Of a DNA stretch of 64,000 nt, positions 29,221 to 38,320 are shown one piece after another (the first letter of the stretch is position 1; each line of letters starts with the position of its first letter). A program made the position numbers and the translations under genes. The DNA is from an uncultured Acidimicrobiia bacterium. Lineage in GTDB: Bacteria; Actinomycetota; Acidimicrobiia; IMCC26256; PALSA-555. The stretch is from the NCBI GenBank assembly GCA_963809885.1, contig CAWELA010000003.1, forward strand, positions 130,625 through 194,624. Direction: 5' to 3'. The notes below the pieces were generated by a model. That model was not told the DNA's origin and ran no database searches. It saw nothing but the letters and a program-made list of their open reading frames with translations.

Positions 29221-31288
29221 CCGGAGCACTCGACGGTGCGCAGGAGGTCGCGAGCTACTGCCGCATCTGCGCGGCGGCGTGCGGGATCCTGGTGACCGTC
29301 GAGGGCGACCACGTGACCGCCGTCCGCGGCGACCCCGATCATCCTGTGTCCCGCGGCTACACGTGCCCGAAGGGGCGTGCGCTGCCGGCGTGGCATCACG
29401 GTTCCGACCGCCTCGATCGTCCGAGCGTCCGTGGGCACGCCGACGAGCTGGGACGACGCGCTCGACGATCTCGCCGCGATCGTCCGCGACGCGACCGCCT
29501 CGAACGGTCCCGACGCCGTCGGGGGGTATCTCGCGACCGGGCTGGCTTACGACATCAGCGGGTGGATGACTGCCGAGCGATTCCTGCGCCGCCTCGGGAC
29601 ACGACAGCGCTACACACCCGTGACCGTCGACAACGCACCGGTGCTGCGAGCCGCAGAGCTCGTGACCGGCACGTCGGAGCTGAACACGGTGTGGGAGCCC
29701 GACCGCTCGAAGCTCCTGCTGCTCTTCGGCACCAACCCGGTGGTCTCGCACGGCTACGGGACGACGCTCGCCGACCCTGTCGCCCGCATCCGGGAGTTCC
29801 GTGCCGCCGGTGGTGCGGTCTGGGTGCTCGACCCGCGCCGCACCGAGACCGCGGCCCAGGCCGATCACCATCTGGCCGTTCGCCCGGGGTCGGACCACCT
29901 CGTCCTCGCGTGGCTCGTCCGTGAGCTGCTCGCCGACGGCGCCGATCGGGTGGAGCTCGAGACCCACTGCGACGCGGCCGACGTGGCGGCGCTCGCGGCG
30001 CGTGCTCGAGCCGTTCGACCTCCATCGGGTCGCCGCCCGGGCGGGCCTCGACGCCGACGAGCTGCGCAGCCTGCTCGCGGCGGTCCGGGGTGGCGGCCGC
30101 CTGGCGGCGATGTGCGGCACCGGGGTGACCATGAGCCACGACGGCGTCGTGGCGGAGTGGCTGCGCTGGGTCCTTCTGATCGTCACGGGGTCGGTGGACC
30201 GGGACGGGGGGATGCGCTGCAACCAGGGGTGGCTCTTCCCGCTCGACACACGGCCGTGGCCCGATGATCCGCCCGTCGACGGGATGCACGAGCCGGGGCC
30301 GGTCTCCCGTCCGGACCTCGTGCGGTGGCTCGGCCAGTACCCGTGCGTCGCGCTCGGCGGACGAGATCGAGCGGGGGCCGCTCCGCGTGCTGTTCGTGCT
30401 CGGTGGCAACCCGCTGACCGCGGTCCCCGACGCCGACCGTACGCGGGCCGCGCTCGAGTCGCTCGACGCGTTGATCGTGCTCGACGTGGCGACGAGCGCC
30501 CTCACCGAGCTCGCCACGCATGTGTTGCCGGTCACCGGGCAGCTCGAGCGTGGCGACATCTCGATGCTCGAGAACGTCGCGTACTCCAACGGCACGCAGC
30601 ACACGAGCGCGGTGGTGCGGCCGGGCGCCGAGCGTCGACCGGCGTGGTGGGTCCTGGGTTCGCTCGCGCGCCGGCTCGACCTCGACGTGCTCGGTGGCGT
30701 CGAACCGGACGACTGCAGCGACGATCAGGTCCTGCGCGGGATCTCGGCAGGGAGCCGCGGCGGCTACGACGAGATCGTCGCCGGCGGGCCGCACGGCGTG
30801 CGGAACGAGTCGCGGTACGGGTGGGTGCACGACGTGGTGCTGCCCAGGGGGCAGTGGCGCATCGCGCCGCGCTCGTTGCTCGCCCGCCTCGCGTCGTCGG
30901 CCGCCGGCGCCGAACGCGCGGCCGGCCCGCGCTCGTGCTCGTCCCGCGTCGCCGGGTGCGGTCCATGAACTCGGCGCGCTACGTGGCCGCCGACGCCGCG
31001 CGGGAGCCGGCCGAGCTCCGGCTGCATCCCGACGACGCGGCGTCGTTCGGGGTCGTCGACGGCGGGCTGGTCCGGCTCGAGAGCGCGCACGGGGTGATCG
31101 AGGGGGTCGCGCGGCACGATGCCACCATCCGTCCGGGCGTCGTCTCGGCCACGCACGGGGTGGCCGAGGTCAACGTCGGCCGCCTCACCAGTGCCCTCAC
31201 GGCGCTGGACGCGGACACCGGGATGCCCAGGGCGTCCGGGATCCCGGTCATCCTGGCTCCCGCAGGGCAGGATGACGTCGGAACGTGA
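29217..31288 (+). pseudogene. molybdopterin (bis-MGD) oxidoreductase, four frame disruptions
   Basis: GTG 29217 forms a GTGA overlap with the SDR stop: [53 protein letters not shown] (Cx2Cx3C...C 4Fe-4S motif) | PTSWDDALDDLAAIVRD...LLLFGTNPVVSHG...VWVLDPRRTETA | VLEPFDLHRVAARAGLDADEL...GTGVTMSHDG | DEIERGPLRVLFVLGGNPLTAVPD...VLPVTGQLERGD | ...RSMNSARYVAADAAREPAELRLHPDDAASFGVVDGGLVRLESAHGVIEGVARHDATIRPGVV. Shifts lie near 29432, 29998, 30353 and 30927. Confidence 0.8.
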
Positions 31289-31603
31289 CGTCGGCGCGGG
31301 CCCGTGCCAGGGTGCGGGAAGCGTTGGGACTGCGGCATCACTGCGCTGGGCAAGCCCTCGGACACCTCGAGTGGCCGGGCTTGCACTCGGTGTGGCGACG
31401 ACCGACACTGTCGAGGCTGGCGGGTGACACCGCCGGTGGGTGAGCGAGAGGAGGCGCCGAGGGGCTAGGCGAAACGAGGGGGTGCGTCAGCGACGCACCC
31501 GGTGGGCTGGTCACGGCAGGGGCCCCGGCGACGTTCGGCCGGCGGTTGCCACTCCCATTGGACCCGGAGCGATCCGGGATTCAGATGGCGAGGAGGTGAT
31601 CGT

Positions 31604-31693
31604 ATGAAGAAGAACGTTGCACGTGTCACTGCCTTGGTCGGCTCGCTGGTTGCGCTGACGATGAGCGGAGGTGCCTGGTTCAAGGTGCGGTAA
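31604..31693 (+). CDS. small ORF (29 aa) encoding a hydrophobic peptide, function unknown
   Basis: A strong RBS AGGAGGTGAT (31591-31600) lies 3 nt before ATG 31604: MKKNVARVTALVGSLVALTMSGGAWFKVR, ending in TAA. It has a basic N-terminus and one hydrophobic stretch. About a quarter of its codons end in A/T, which is unusual for this window. It sits 56 nt upstream of the HD-GYP gene. Confidence 0.45.
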   Translation: MKKNVARVTALVGSLVALTMSGGAWFKVR

Positions 31694-31749
31694 GTCCCGT
31701 TCTGGAGTGCACGCCGGCCGAGTCGCCGGGGCCCCCTCGCTGTCCTCGG

Positions 31750-33147
31750 ATGGCGATGCAGATGGATGTCAGGGGCGGAAACGAACGCGTGGGCGAGCAG
31801 CCGAGCACGCAAGCGGTGGTTCGCGAGCGCTCGCTCTCCGGTCCGGCGTTCGTCCTCGGCGCCTCCGCGCTCGCGCTCGCGGTCGTGCTCGCGCTCACGA
31901 CACCGGAACCGGACTGGGCGGCGGTCGTCCTGTTCGGGGCGCTGTACGTCTTTGCGGAGCACATCGACCTTCGCATCCCCTCGGGCGCCGCGCTGAGCGG
32001 AGGGTTCGTGGTCGTCGTTGCCGCGATCGTCGTGTTCGCTGCAGAAGGCGCGCCGCTGGGCGCGGTTCTGGTCGGCTCTTGTGGTGGGTTGTACCTCCCG
32101 CTCATCCGAGAACGGGAGTGGGCGAAGCTCGGGTACAACGCCGGGATGTACGCGCTCGCGATGGGCGCGGGCGTCGCGGTGCTGTGCGTGCTGCCGCGTG
32201 AGTGGCTCGACTCGGTCCCGCTGTTGCTCTTCAGCGCGACCCTCGCAGCGCTTGCGGCGTTCGTGGTCGATGCCTGCGCGGTCAGCTACGCGATGGGCTA
32301 CCTGCGCCGGCGTCCGACGCGCGACATCCTGCTGACGCTCGCCGCGTGGCAGTGGCACGTGTACCCGTTCGCGATCCTCGGTGCCGCGCTGGGCCGCCTC
32401 TACCTCGACGTCGGCGGAGCGGTCCTCGTGCTCACCGTCACGCCGATCCTCGTCGGACGCGCCGCCTTCGCCGCGTACCTGCGCTATCGGGAGGCAAACG
32501 AGGACGCGCTCCTCGTGCTCGTGAAGGCACTCGAGGCCAAGGACCGCTACACCGCGGGACACGCGGAGCGAGTCGCGGCCTACGCACGGTACATGGGTGA
32601 GGAGCTGGGACTGCACGGACGCTCGCTCGAGCGGTTGCGGCGAGCGGCACTGATGCACGACATCGGCAAGCTCGTCGTCCCGAACCACCTCCTGAACAAG
32701 CCCGGGCCGCTCACGGCGGCCGAGTACGAGCAGGTGCGCCAGCACGAGGACGTCACGGTGGCGCTGCTTTCGCACATCGACTTCCTCGCGCCGGTCGCTC
32801 CGATTGCGCTCGGCGTCTACGCGCCCTGGGACGACGACCACGGCCCCGACGCAGTCGCGCGGCACATCGTCGCGGTTGCCGACGCCTACGACGCGATGAC
32901 GTCCACCCGCGCCTACCGACGAGCGCTCACCCAGGAGGTTGCGTTCACCGAGCTACGCGCGAAAGCAGGTACCCAGTTCCATCCGACGTGCGTCGAGGCG
33001 CTGATCACGTCCCTGGAACAGCGCGGCCTCCACCACGGGGCAGGCCACGAGCGCGCCGACGCCGCGGCCGAGTGGGACATCACGCCCCCTGCTGTCGGAC
33101 CGGGGTCCGCCGGTCTGGGGCACCTCGCCGACGAGCGCGCCGGGTAG
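31750..33147 (+). CDS. membrane-anchored HD-GYP-type metal-dependent phosphohydrolase (putative c-di-GMP phosphodiesterase)
   Basis: Intact 465-aa ORF. The N-terminal half has about 7 hydrophobic helices. The C-terminal half reads ...KALEAKDRYTAGHAERVAAYARYMGEELGL...LRRAALMHDIGKLVVPNHLLNKPGPLTAAEYEQVRQHE...AVADAYDAMTSTRAYRRAL...GTQFHP (HD...HHE...GYP-like). Confidence 0.75.
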   Translation: MAMQMDVRGGNERVGEQPSTQAVVRERSLSGPAFVLGASALALAVVLALTTPEPDWAAVVLFGALYVFAEHIDLRIPSGAALSGGFVVVVAAIVVFAAEGAPLGAVLVGSCGGLYLPLIREREWAKLGYNAGMYALAMGAGVAVLCVLPREWLDSVPLLLFSATLAALAAFVVDACAVSYAMGYLRRRPTRDILLTLAAWQWHVYPFAILGAALGRLYLDVGGAVLVLTVTPILVGRAAFAAYLRYREANEDALLVLVKALEAKDRYTAGHAERVAAYARYMGEELGLHGRSLERLRRAALMHDIGKLVVPNHLLNKPGPLTAAEYEQVRQHEDVTVALLSHIDFLAPVAPIALGVYAPWDDDHGPDAVARHIVAVADAYDAMTSTRAYRRALTQEVAFTELRAKAGTQFHPTCVEALITSLEQRGLHHGAGHERADAAAEWDITPPAVGPGSAGLGHLADERAG

Positions 33148-33220
33148 GCGCGCGCTCGGCTCCGCCTGCCCGCTCCACCTTCCGGGACGGACGGGGTGGA
33201 TGTCGATACGATCCGACCTT

Positions 33221-33239
33221 GTCGGACGAGCCGTCCGAC
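33221..33239 (+). terminator. possible stem-loop terminator after the HD-GYP gene
   Basis: GTCGGACG-agc-CGTCCGAC forms an 8-bp perfect stem 74 nt after the stop. There is no U-tract. Confidence 0.3.
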
Positions 33240-33283
33240 CTCGATTGACGTCCCCGCGGCGTCCGTGACGACAGGGGCGATGC

Positions 33284-34972
33284 GTGGCCGAGCAGCCGAA
33301 GAAGGCACCGGCGAAGAAGGCGGCCCCCAAGGCGGCGTCGGCTGCATCGACACCCGAGGAGCCGATCGCGACGCTGCCGAGGTGGCGGCGGATCGTCGCC
33401 GGGTTCCTGGTCGTGATCGGGTGCCTGCTCGTTCCGCTCTCGTTGAGCGCGGTCTGGGTCCGCAACACGCTCCTCGACACCGACCACTACGTCGCGACCG
33501 TCGGCCCACTGGCCGAGAGCCGGAACATCCAGCAGGGTCTCGCGGATCGGCTCACGACGGCGCTGTTCGCCGACGGTCAGGTCGAGCAGAAGATCGCCGA
33601 CGCGCTCCCGCCGCAGGCCGAGGTCCTGGCGGCACCGCTCTCAGGCGGCCTGGAGACGGTCGCCAACAAGGCAGCACTCGGGCTGATCCAGTCCAGCCGG
33701 TTCCAGTCGCTCTGGGACAACGTGAACCGCAAGGCGCACGCTGCCGTCGTCGAAGTGCTCACCGGGGGCGGATCGCGGGTCTCCACCAAGGACGGCACGG
33801 TCTCGATCAACGTCGAGCAGATCTTCACCAACGTGAAGCAGCGCCTCGACGATCGCGGGATCTCGCTCTTCGACAGCGTCCAGCTCCCGGCGAAGTACCA
33901 GTCGGTCGTCCTGTTCCAGTCCAAGACGCTCGAGCAGGTCCAGGAAGGCGTCGACCTCCTCCAGACGCTCGCGTGGGTGCTCCCCTTCGTCCTGATCGCC
34001 TGCTTCGCCGGTGCGATCGCGCTGTCGGGCAACCGGCGCCGCACGATCTTCCGGGCCGGGATCGGCGTCGCACTGGTGGTCGCGCTCCAGCTCGCCGCGC
34101 TGAAGGCGGGTCGGAGCCTCTACCTCGACGCCATCACCAACGCAGGTCTCCGGCGCGGGTCGGCCGGCGACGTGTGGGACCAGGTCACCAGCTTCCTCCG
34201 GACGGCGGGGATCACGACGATCGTGGTCGCCCTGCTGGTCGCGATCGCGGCCTGGATCGCCGGACCGTCGCGGGTCGCCGGCCACATCCGGAACCTGTGG
34301 AACCGTGCGCTGGCCGGGGCGGGAGCAAAGGCTGACGATGCCGACGTCGCGACCGGCTCGATCGCGGCCTTCATCGCCCGCTCGAAGAGCGCGCTCCGCA
34401 TCGTCGGAGTCGCGGTCGCGCTCCTGATCCTGATCCTGTGGAACCATCCGACGGCCGGAACGGTGATCGGCGTCGCGGTCCTGCTGCTTGTGTACCTGGC
34501 CCTGATCGAGTTCCTCGGCGCGCGCGTCCGCCGGCGACAGCGCATCCACCAAGGCCTGATCCAGGTGTCACCGCGCCTGCCGCGACCGAGCCTCGACGGG
34601 GTCCTCAACCTCGTCGACGTCGACGCCGTGCTCGAGCACGTCGACGTGAACCAGCTGCTCGATCGCATCGACGTACAGCGGGTCCTCGATCGTGTCGACA
34701 TCAACGAGCTGCTCGATCGCGTGGACGTCGAAGCCCTGATGGCGAAGGTCGACGTCAACGCGCTCGTGGGCCAGGTCAACGTCGAAGAGCTCGTGCAGCG
34801 CACGGAGCTGGGTGCGATCATCGCGGACTCGACGAGCGGCATCGCACAACGGCTGCTCGATTCGGTCCGCGCGCAAGCGGTCAGCCTCGACCACGTGTCG
34901 AACGTGATCGTCGGTCGTCTGCTGCGCCGCAGCGCGGACACACCAGCAGGCCCACCTCACTTCGTCGCGTGA
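33284..34972 (+). CDS. polytopic membrane protein with a C-terminal array of 9-residue repeats, function unknown
   Basis: Intact 562-aa ORF starting at GTG. It has a Lys/Ala/Pro-rich N-terminus, then TM segments (IVAGFLVVIGCLLVPLSLSAVWV; WVLPFVLIACFAGAIAL; IGVALVVALQLAAL; ITTIVVALLVAIAAWIAG; IVGVAVALLILILW...VIGVAVLLLVYLALIEFL), then the repeat array. Confidence 0.6.
   Translation: MAEQPKKAPAKKAAPKAASAASTPEEPIATLPRWRRIVAGFLVVIGCLLVPLSLSAVWVRNTLLDTDHYVATVGPLAESRNIQQGLADRLTTALFADGQVEQKIADALPPQAEVLAAPLSGGLETVANKAALGLIQSSRFQSLWDNVNRKAHAAVVEVLTGGGSRVSTKDGTVSINVEQIFTNVKQRLDDRGISLFDSVQLPAKYQSVVLFQSKTLEQVQEGVDLLQTLAWVLPFVLIACFAGAIALSGNRRRTIFRAGIGVALVVALQLAALKAGRSLYLDAITNAGLRRGSAGDVWDQVTSFLRTAGITTIVVALLVAIAAWIAGPSRVAGHIRNLWNRALAGAGAKADDADVATGSIAAFIARSKSALRIVGVAVALLILILWNHPTAGTVIGVAVLLLVYLALIEFLGARVRRRQRIHQGLIQVSPRLPRPSLDGVLNLVDVDAVLEHVDVNQLLDRIDVQRVLDRVDINELLDRVDVEALMAKVDVNALVGQVNVEELVQRTELGAIIADSTSGIAQRLLDSVRAQAVSLDHVSNVIVGRLLRRSADTPAGPPHFVA
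34601..34816 (+). repeat. eight in-frame tandem 27-bp units (9-aa repeat, consensus L-L-D-R-V-D-V-N-x)
   Basis: VLNLVDVDA VLEHVDVNQ LLDRIDVQR VLDRVDINE LLDRVDVEA LMAKVDVNA LVGQVNVEE LVQRTELGA, read directly from 34601 onward in the frame of ORF 33284..34972. Confidence 0.85.
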
Positions 34973-35487
34973 AGTCGGCGGCTCCGGAACCGACGCGACT
35001 CGGGCAGTACGCCGGCCCGGCGACGCGGGCGGCCGCGTGGCTCGTCGACATGGGCATCAGCGTGCTCGTGTTCGCGCTGGCATCCGGCATCACGCTGTTC
35101 CTGCTGAACCTGATGCTCGACACGAGCCTCTCCAGCGACAGCGGTCCGGGGTGGTTCTGGACCCTTCTCTTCCTCACGTGGCAGTGGCTCTACTTCGGCG
35201 GTTCGTGGGCCGTGTCGGGCAAGACGCCCGGCATGAGCCTGCTCGGGCTGCGGGTGGTCGACCGTGACGGAGCACCCCTGGGTCCGGGGCGCGGGGTGGT
35301 GCGCGCCCCCGCACTCTTCGTGACCTTCGCGACCTTTGGCATCGGGTTCGTCGGCATCATCATCGGCAAGGAGCACCGAGGGTTGCAGGACGTCCTCGCC
35401 GGCACGGTGGTGGTCTACGACTGGGACGCTCGCAGGGCGCGCCTCCGCTTCCTCGCACGAACGCCGCGCGACACCACGACCTCGTAG
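34969..35487 (+). CDS. RDD family membrane protein
   Basis: GTG 34969 forms a GTGA overlap with the upstream stop: VKSAAPEPTRLGQYAGPATRAAAWLVDMGISVLVFALASGITLFLL...WQWLYFGGSWAVSGKTPGMSLLGLRVVDRDGAPLG...RAPALFVTF...QDVLAGTVVVYD (R..D..D pattern and topology typical of the RDD domain). Confidence 0.7.
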   Translation: MKSAAPEPTRLGQYAGPATRAAAWLVDMGISVLVFALASGITLFLLNLMLDTSLSSDSGPGWFWTLLFLTWQWLYFGGSWAVSGKTPGMSLLGLRVVDRDGAPLGPGRGVVRAPALFVTFATFGIGFVGIIIGKEHRGLQDVLAGTVVVYDWDARRARLRFLARTPRDTTTS

Positions 35488-35522
35488 TAGAAGTGCTGCC
35501 TGAGCAACCGAGGAGTCTTGCG

Positions 35523-36104
35523 ATGATGAACCCCATGACGTCCGGACCCATGGACCAGCAGACCGCGCGGGAGATCGCGAAGGGCTGGTGGGTCGTGCTG
35601 CTCGCCGGGCTCATCTCTGTGGTCGTGGGGATCGTGATCCTGGAGATCAACTGGACCGCCCAGGACCTCGCGGTGATCGTCGCGATCTTGCTGATCGTGC
35701 GGGGCACACTCCAGGCGGTCACGCGCCCGATCGACGGGACCGGACGTGGCTGGAACGTGTTCCTCGGCGTGCTCGAGATCCTTGTCGGTGTCGCATTCGT
35801 GTCGTGGCCCGAGCCGACGCTGCACGTCGTCGCGATCTTCATCGGCGCGTGGGTGGTGGTCTCGGGGCTGCTCCATCTCCTCGCTGCGCTGGCGAACAGC
35901 CACGACGACGAGCCGTGGGTCGTCACGTTCGTGTTCGGGCTCCTCGAGCTCGCGATCGGTCTCGTCCTGCTGGTGCGTCCGATCCAGACCATCGGGCTCG
36001 CGATCGCGCTGGTCGGCATCTGGGCGATCGTCGCCGGCGCGTTCCAGATCGTGCTGTCCTTCGAGGTTCGACGGCTGCCCGAGCTCGTCGACGATCAGAC
36101 CTAG
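35523..36104 (+). CDS. HdeD/DUF308 family membrane protein
   Basis: GAGGAG lies 7 nt before ATG 35523 (the ORF opens at 35493): MMNPMTSGPMDQQTAREIAKGWWVVLLAGLISVVVGIVILE...WNVFLGVLEILVGVAFV...AIFIGAWVVVSGLLHLL...FGLLELAIGLVLLVRP...LVGIWAIVAGAFQIVLSFEVRRL. Confidence 0.7.
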   Translation: MMNPMTSGPMDQQTAREIAKGWWVVLLAGLISVVVGIVILEINWTAQDLAVIVAILLIVRGTLQAVTRPIDGTGRGWNVFLGVLEILVGVAFVSWPEPTLHVVAIFIGAWVVVSGLLHLLAALANSHDDEPWVVTFVFGLLELAIGLVLLVRPIQTIGLAIALVGIWAIVAGAFQIVLSFEVRRLPELVDDQT

Positions 36105-36847
36105 TCGTCGCTGGCGGCTCGTCGGTCCCGACGGCGCTGTTCCTGGCCGAACATCGCGACGAGGCGGGCGACCAGCGTCACCAGGAACACCTGGCCCATC
36201 AACGCTTCGAGCACGACCAGCGCACGGGAGAGGTCGGTAGCCGGCACGACGTCGCCGAAGCCGACGGTCGTGAGAGTGATGAAGCTCAGGTAGAGCAAGT
36301 CGGTCGGTTGGTTCTGGCTCGGGGGCGACGCGAAGTACTCGCTCCCCACGCTGTTCACCCCCGCGAACAGCGAGGCGAACACGAGCCCGATGAGGAGGTA
36401 GACGCACAGCGCGCCATAGATCGTCTCGACGCTGACCTCCTCGTGACCGAGGATCCGGCGGATGATGACGAACGGCAGCGCGGCGAGCAGGACGAAGAAC
36501 AGGAGCTGGGTCGCGCCCTTGAAGGTCGGCGCCCTCCCCAGCAGGCTCAGCACGACCGCCGCGAAGGCCAGCACGCCGGCCCATCGCGCGAACCGGATGA
36601 GACGTGACGATGCCCGCGACGTCCGCAACGCCAAGAGCAGGGTCATGACGATCAGCGGCGCACGGATGACCGGGGAGTAGCGATCGTCGGGGAGCGTTGC
36701 GAACAGGACGAAGTCGACGAGCAGGACGATCAGCAGCAACGAGTAGCTGTCGGAGGCCCGCCACGCGGCCTGCAACGCGGTGTGCTGCCGGGCCCAGTCG
36801 GGCATCGGCAGCCGACGCGGCCCTCCACCGGCCCCACCCGGGACCAT
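36101..36847 (-). CDS. two-TM potassium channel (TVGFGD selectivity filter)
   Basis: ORF 36101..36994 contains ...TDLLYLSFITLTTVGFGDVVPATDLSRALVVLEALMGQVFLVTLVARLV. The start is uncertain: ATG 36847 is used, and GTG 36901 or ATG 36805 are possible. ATG 36994 would overlap the divergent P450 start and lies in sequence that does not look coding. Confidence 0.75.
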   Translation of the reverse strand: MVPGGAGGGPRRLPMPDWARQHTALQAAWRASDSYSLLLIVLLVDFVLFATLPDDRYSPVIRAPLIVMTLLLALRTSRASSRLIRFARWAGVLAFAAVVLSLLGRAPTFKGATQLLFFVLLAALPFVIIRRILGHEEVSVETIYGALCVYLLIGLVFASLFAGVNSVGSEYFASPPSQNQPTDLLYLSFITLTTVGFGDVVPATDLSRALVVLEALMGQVFLVTLVARLVAMFGQEQRRRDRRAASDD

Positions 36848-36957
36848 CTCGTCGTCCGACCTGTCGCCCGGCGCGTCGCCCTTCGCCTCGATTCCACCCA
36901 CGGGGCGATCATGGCACTCCGGCGCCCACGATCGGTGCGGCGTCGTAGATTGCACCC

Positions 36958-38265
36958 ATGGTTGCGTCAGGTGTGCCGACCGCGGCCACCGCACTCGGGG
37001 GATTCGACCTCACCGATCTCGACAACTTCGCGCGTGGTGTCCCGCACGACGTGTTCGCCGAGCACCGCCGGGTCGCGCCCGTGCTGTGGCATGAGCCGAC
37101 CGCGCACACCCCCGACGCCGAAGGCTTCTGGTCGGTGGCCACGCACGCCGAGACGCTCGAGGTGATGCACGACGCCGTGGTGTACTCGTCCGAGCGGGGC
37201 GGCAGCCGACCGTGCGGTGGGACGATCCTCCCGGATCAGGCCATCGCCGGTGAGGTGCTCAACATGATGGACGATCCCCGGCACGCGCGGATCCGGCGAC
37301 TCGTCAGCATCGGTCTCACACCACGAGCGGTCGCCGATCTGGAGGTCGATCTCCGTCGGCGCATGCGGGGGATCCTCGACGACGCGATCGGCGGGACCGA
37401 CGCGGGCACCGTCGACTTCGTGGAGGTCGCCCGAGAGCTGCCGCTGCAGGCGATCTCGATCCTGATGGGCGTGCCCGAAGATGACCGGCACCTGCTCGGT
37501 CGGTGCGTGGACCACGCGTTCGACTTCAAGGACCGGGAGTACTTCGAGCAGACCGACGACGTCGCGGCCGACATGGCGACGCTGTACCAGTACGGCGCCG
37601 ACCTCATCGCCGAGAAGCGGGGATGCCCCGGCGACGACATGCTGTCGAGTGTCATCCACGCGGAGCTGCCGGATGTCGAGCCGTCGACCCTCACCGAACC
37701 CGAGCTCCAGCTCTTCTTCTCGCTCCTCTACTCGGCGGGCGCCGAGACGACCCGCAGCGCATCGTCGGCCGGGCTCCTCGCGCTCGCCGAACGCCCCGAC
37801 CAGTGGCAGGCCTTGCGCGACGATCCAGGGGTGGTTACGAGGGCGGTCGAGGAGCTCGTGCGATGGACGGCCCCGTCCGCCTACAACCGGCGGACCGCGA
37901 CCGTCGACACCGAGCTGGCCGACTTGCCCGTCCGCGCCGGCGACAAGGTCGTGTTCTGGGAAGCATCGGCGAACCGGGACGAACGGGTCTTCGCCCACGC
38001 CGACCGGCTCGACGTCGCCCGAGATCCCAATCCGCACCTCGGCTTCGGCCACGGGATCCACTTCTGCCTGGGCGCGAACCTCGCCCGCCTCGAGCTGCGC
38101 GTCGTCCTCGAGGAGGCCCTCGCCCGGTTCGCCACCATCGAGGTCGCCGGCCCGGTGGAGTGGACCCGCTCGAACAAGCACACTGGGCTCCGCCGCCTGC
38201 CCGTGCGCTACACCTGTGAGTCCGCCGACACGATCCACGATCCGGCAACCAGGAGCACGACATGA
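36958..38265 (+). CDS. cytochrome P450 monooxygenase
   Basis: Intact 435-aa ORF: ...[16 protein letters not shown]...[12 protein letters not shown]...[18 protein letters not shown]. Confidence 0.9.
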   Translation: MVASGVPTAATALGGFDLTDLDNFARGVPHDVFAEHRRVAPVLWHEPTAHTPDAEGFWSVATHAETLEVMHDAVVYSSERGGSRPCGGTILPDQAIAGEVLNMMDDPRHARIRRLVSIGLTPRAVADLEVDLRRRMRGILDDAIGGTDAGTVDFVEVARELPLQAISILMGVPEDDRHLLGRCVDHAFDFKDREYFEQTDDVAADMATLYQYGADLIAEKRGCPGDDMLSSVIHAELPDVEPSTLTEPELQLFFSLLYSAGAETTRSASSAGLLALAERPDQWQALRDDPGVVTRAVEELVRWTAPSAYNRRTATVDTELADLPVRAGDKVVFWEASANRDERVFAHADRLDVARDPNPHLGFGHGIHFCLGANLARLELRVVLEEALARFATIEVAGPVEWTRSNKHTGLRRLPVRYTCESADTIHDPATRSTT

Positions 38266-38320
38266 CCACGTTCGCCGAGCTGCCCTCGGACCTCTTCCTC
38301 CCTGAACCTGCCCACGCGAC

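Noticed and set aside
30264-30968. In-frame TGA in the molybdopterin oxidoreductase as a selenocysteine codon
   Set aside because: The TGA at 30966-30968 terminates an off-frame segment created by the shift near 30927. It is nowhere near the catalytic Cys/Sec position of the N-terminal domain, and no SECIS-like hairpin follows it.
31440-31560. Possible c-di-GMP or c-di-AMP riboswitch upstream of the HD-GYP gene (GGCGAAAC...GACGCACCC...GGGGCCCC)
   Set aside because: I could not align the conserved GEMM or ydaO core nucleotides by eye; only a generic hairpin is present. It is kept as an unclassified structured spacer, and a covariance-model scan is needed.
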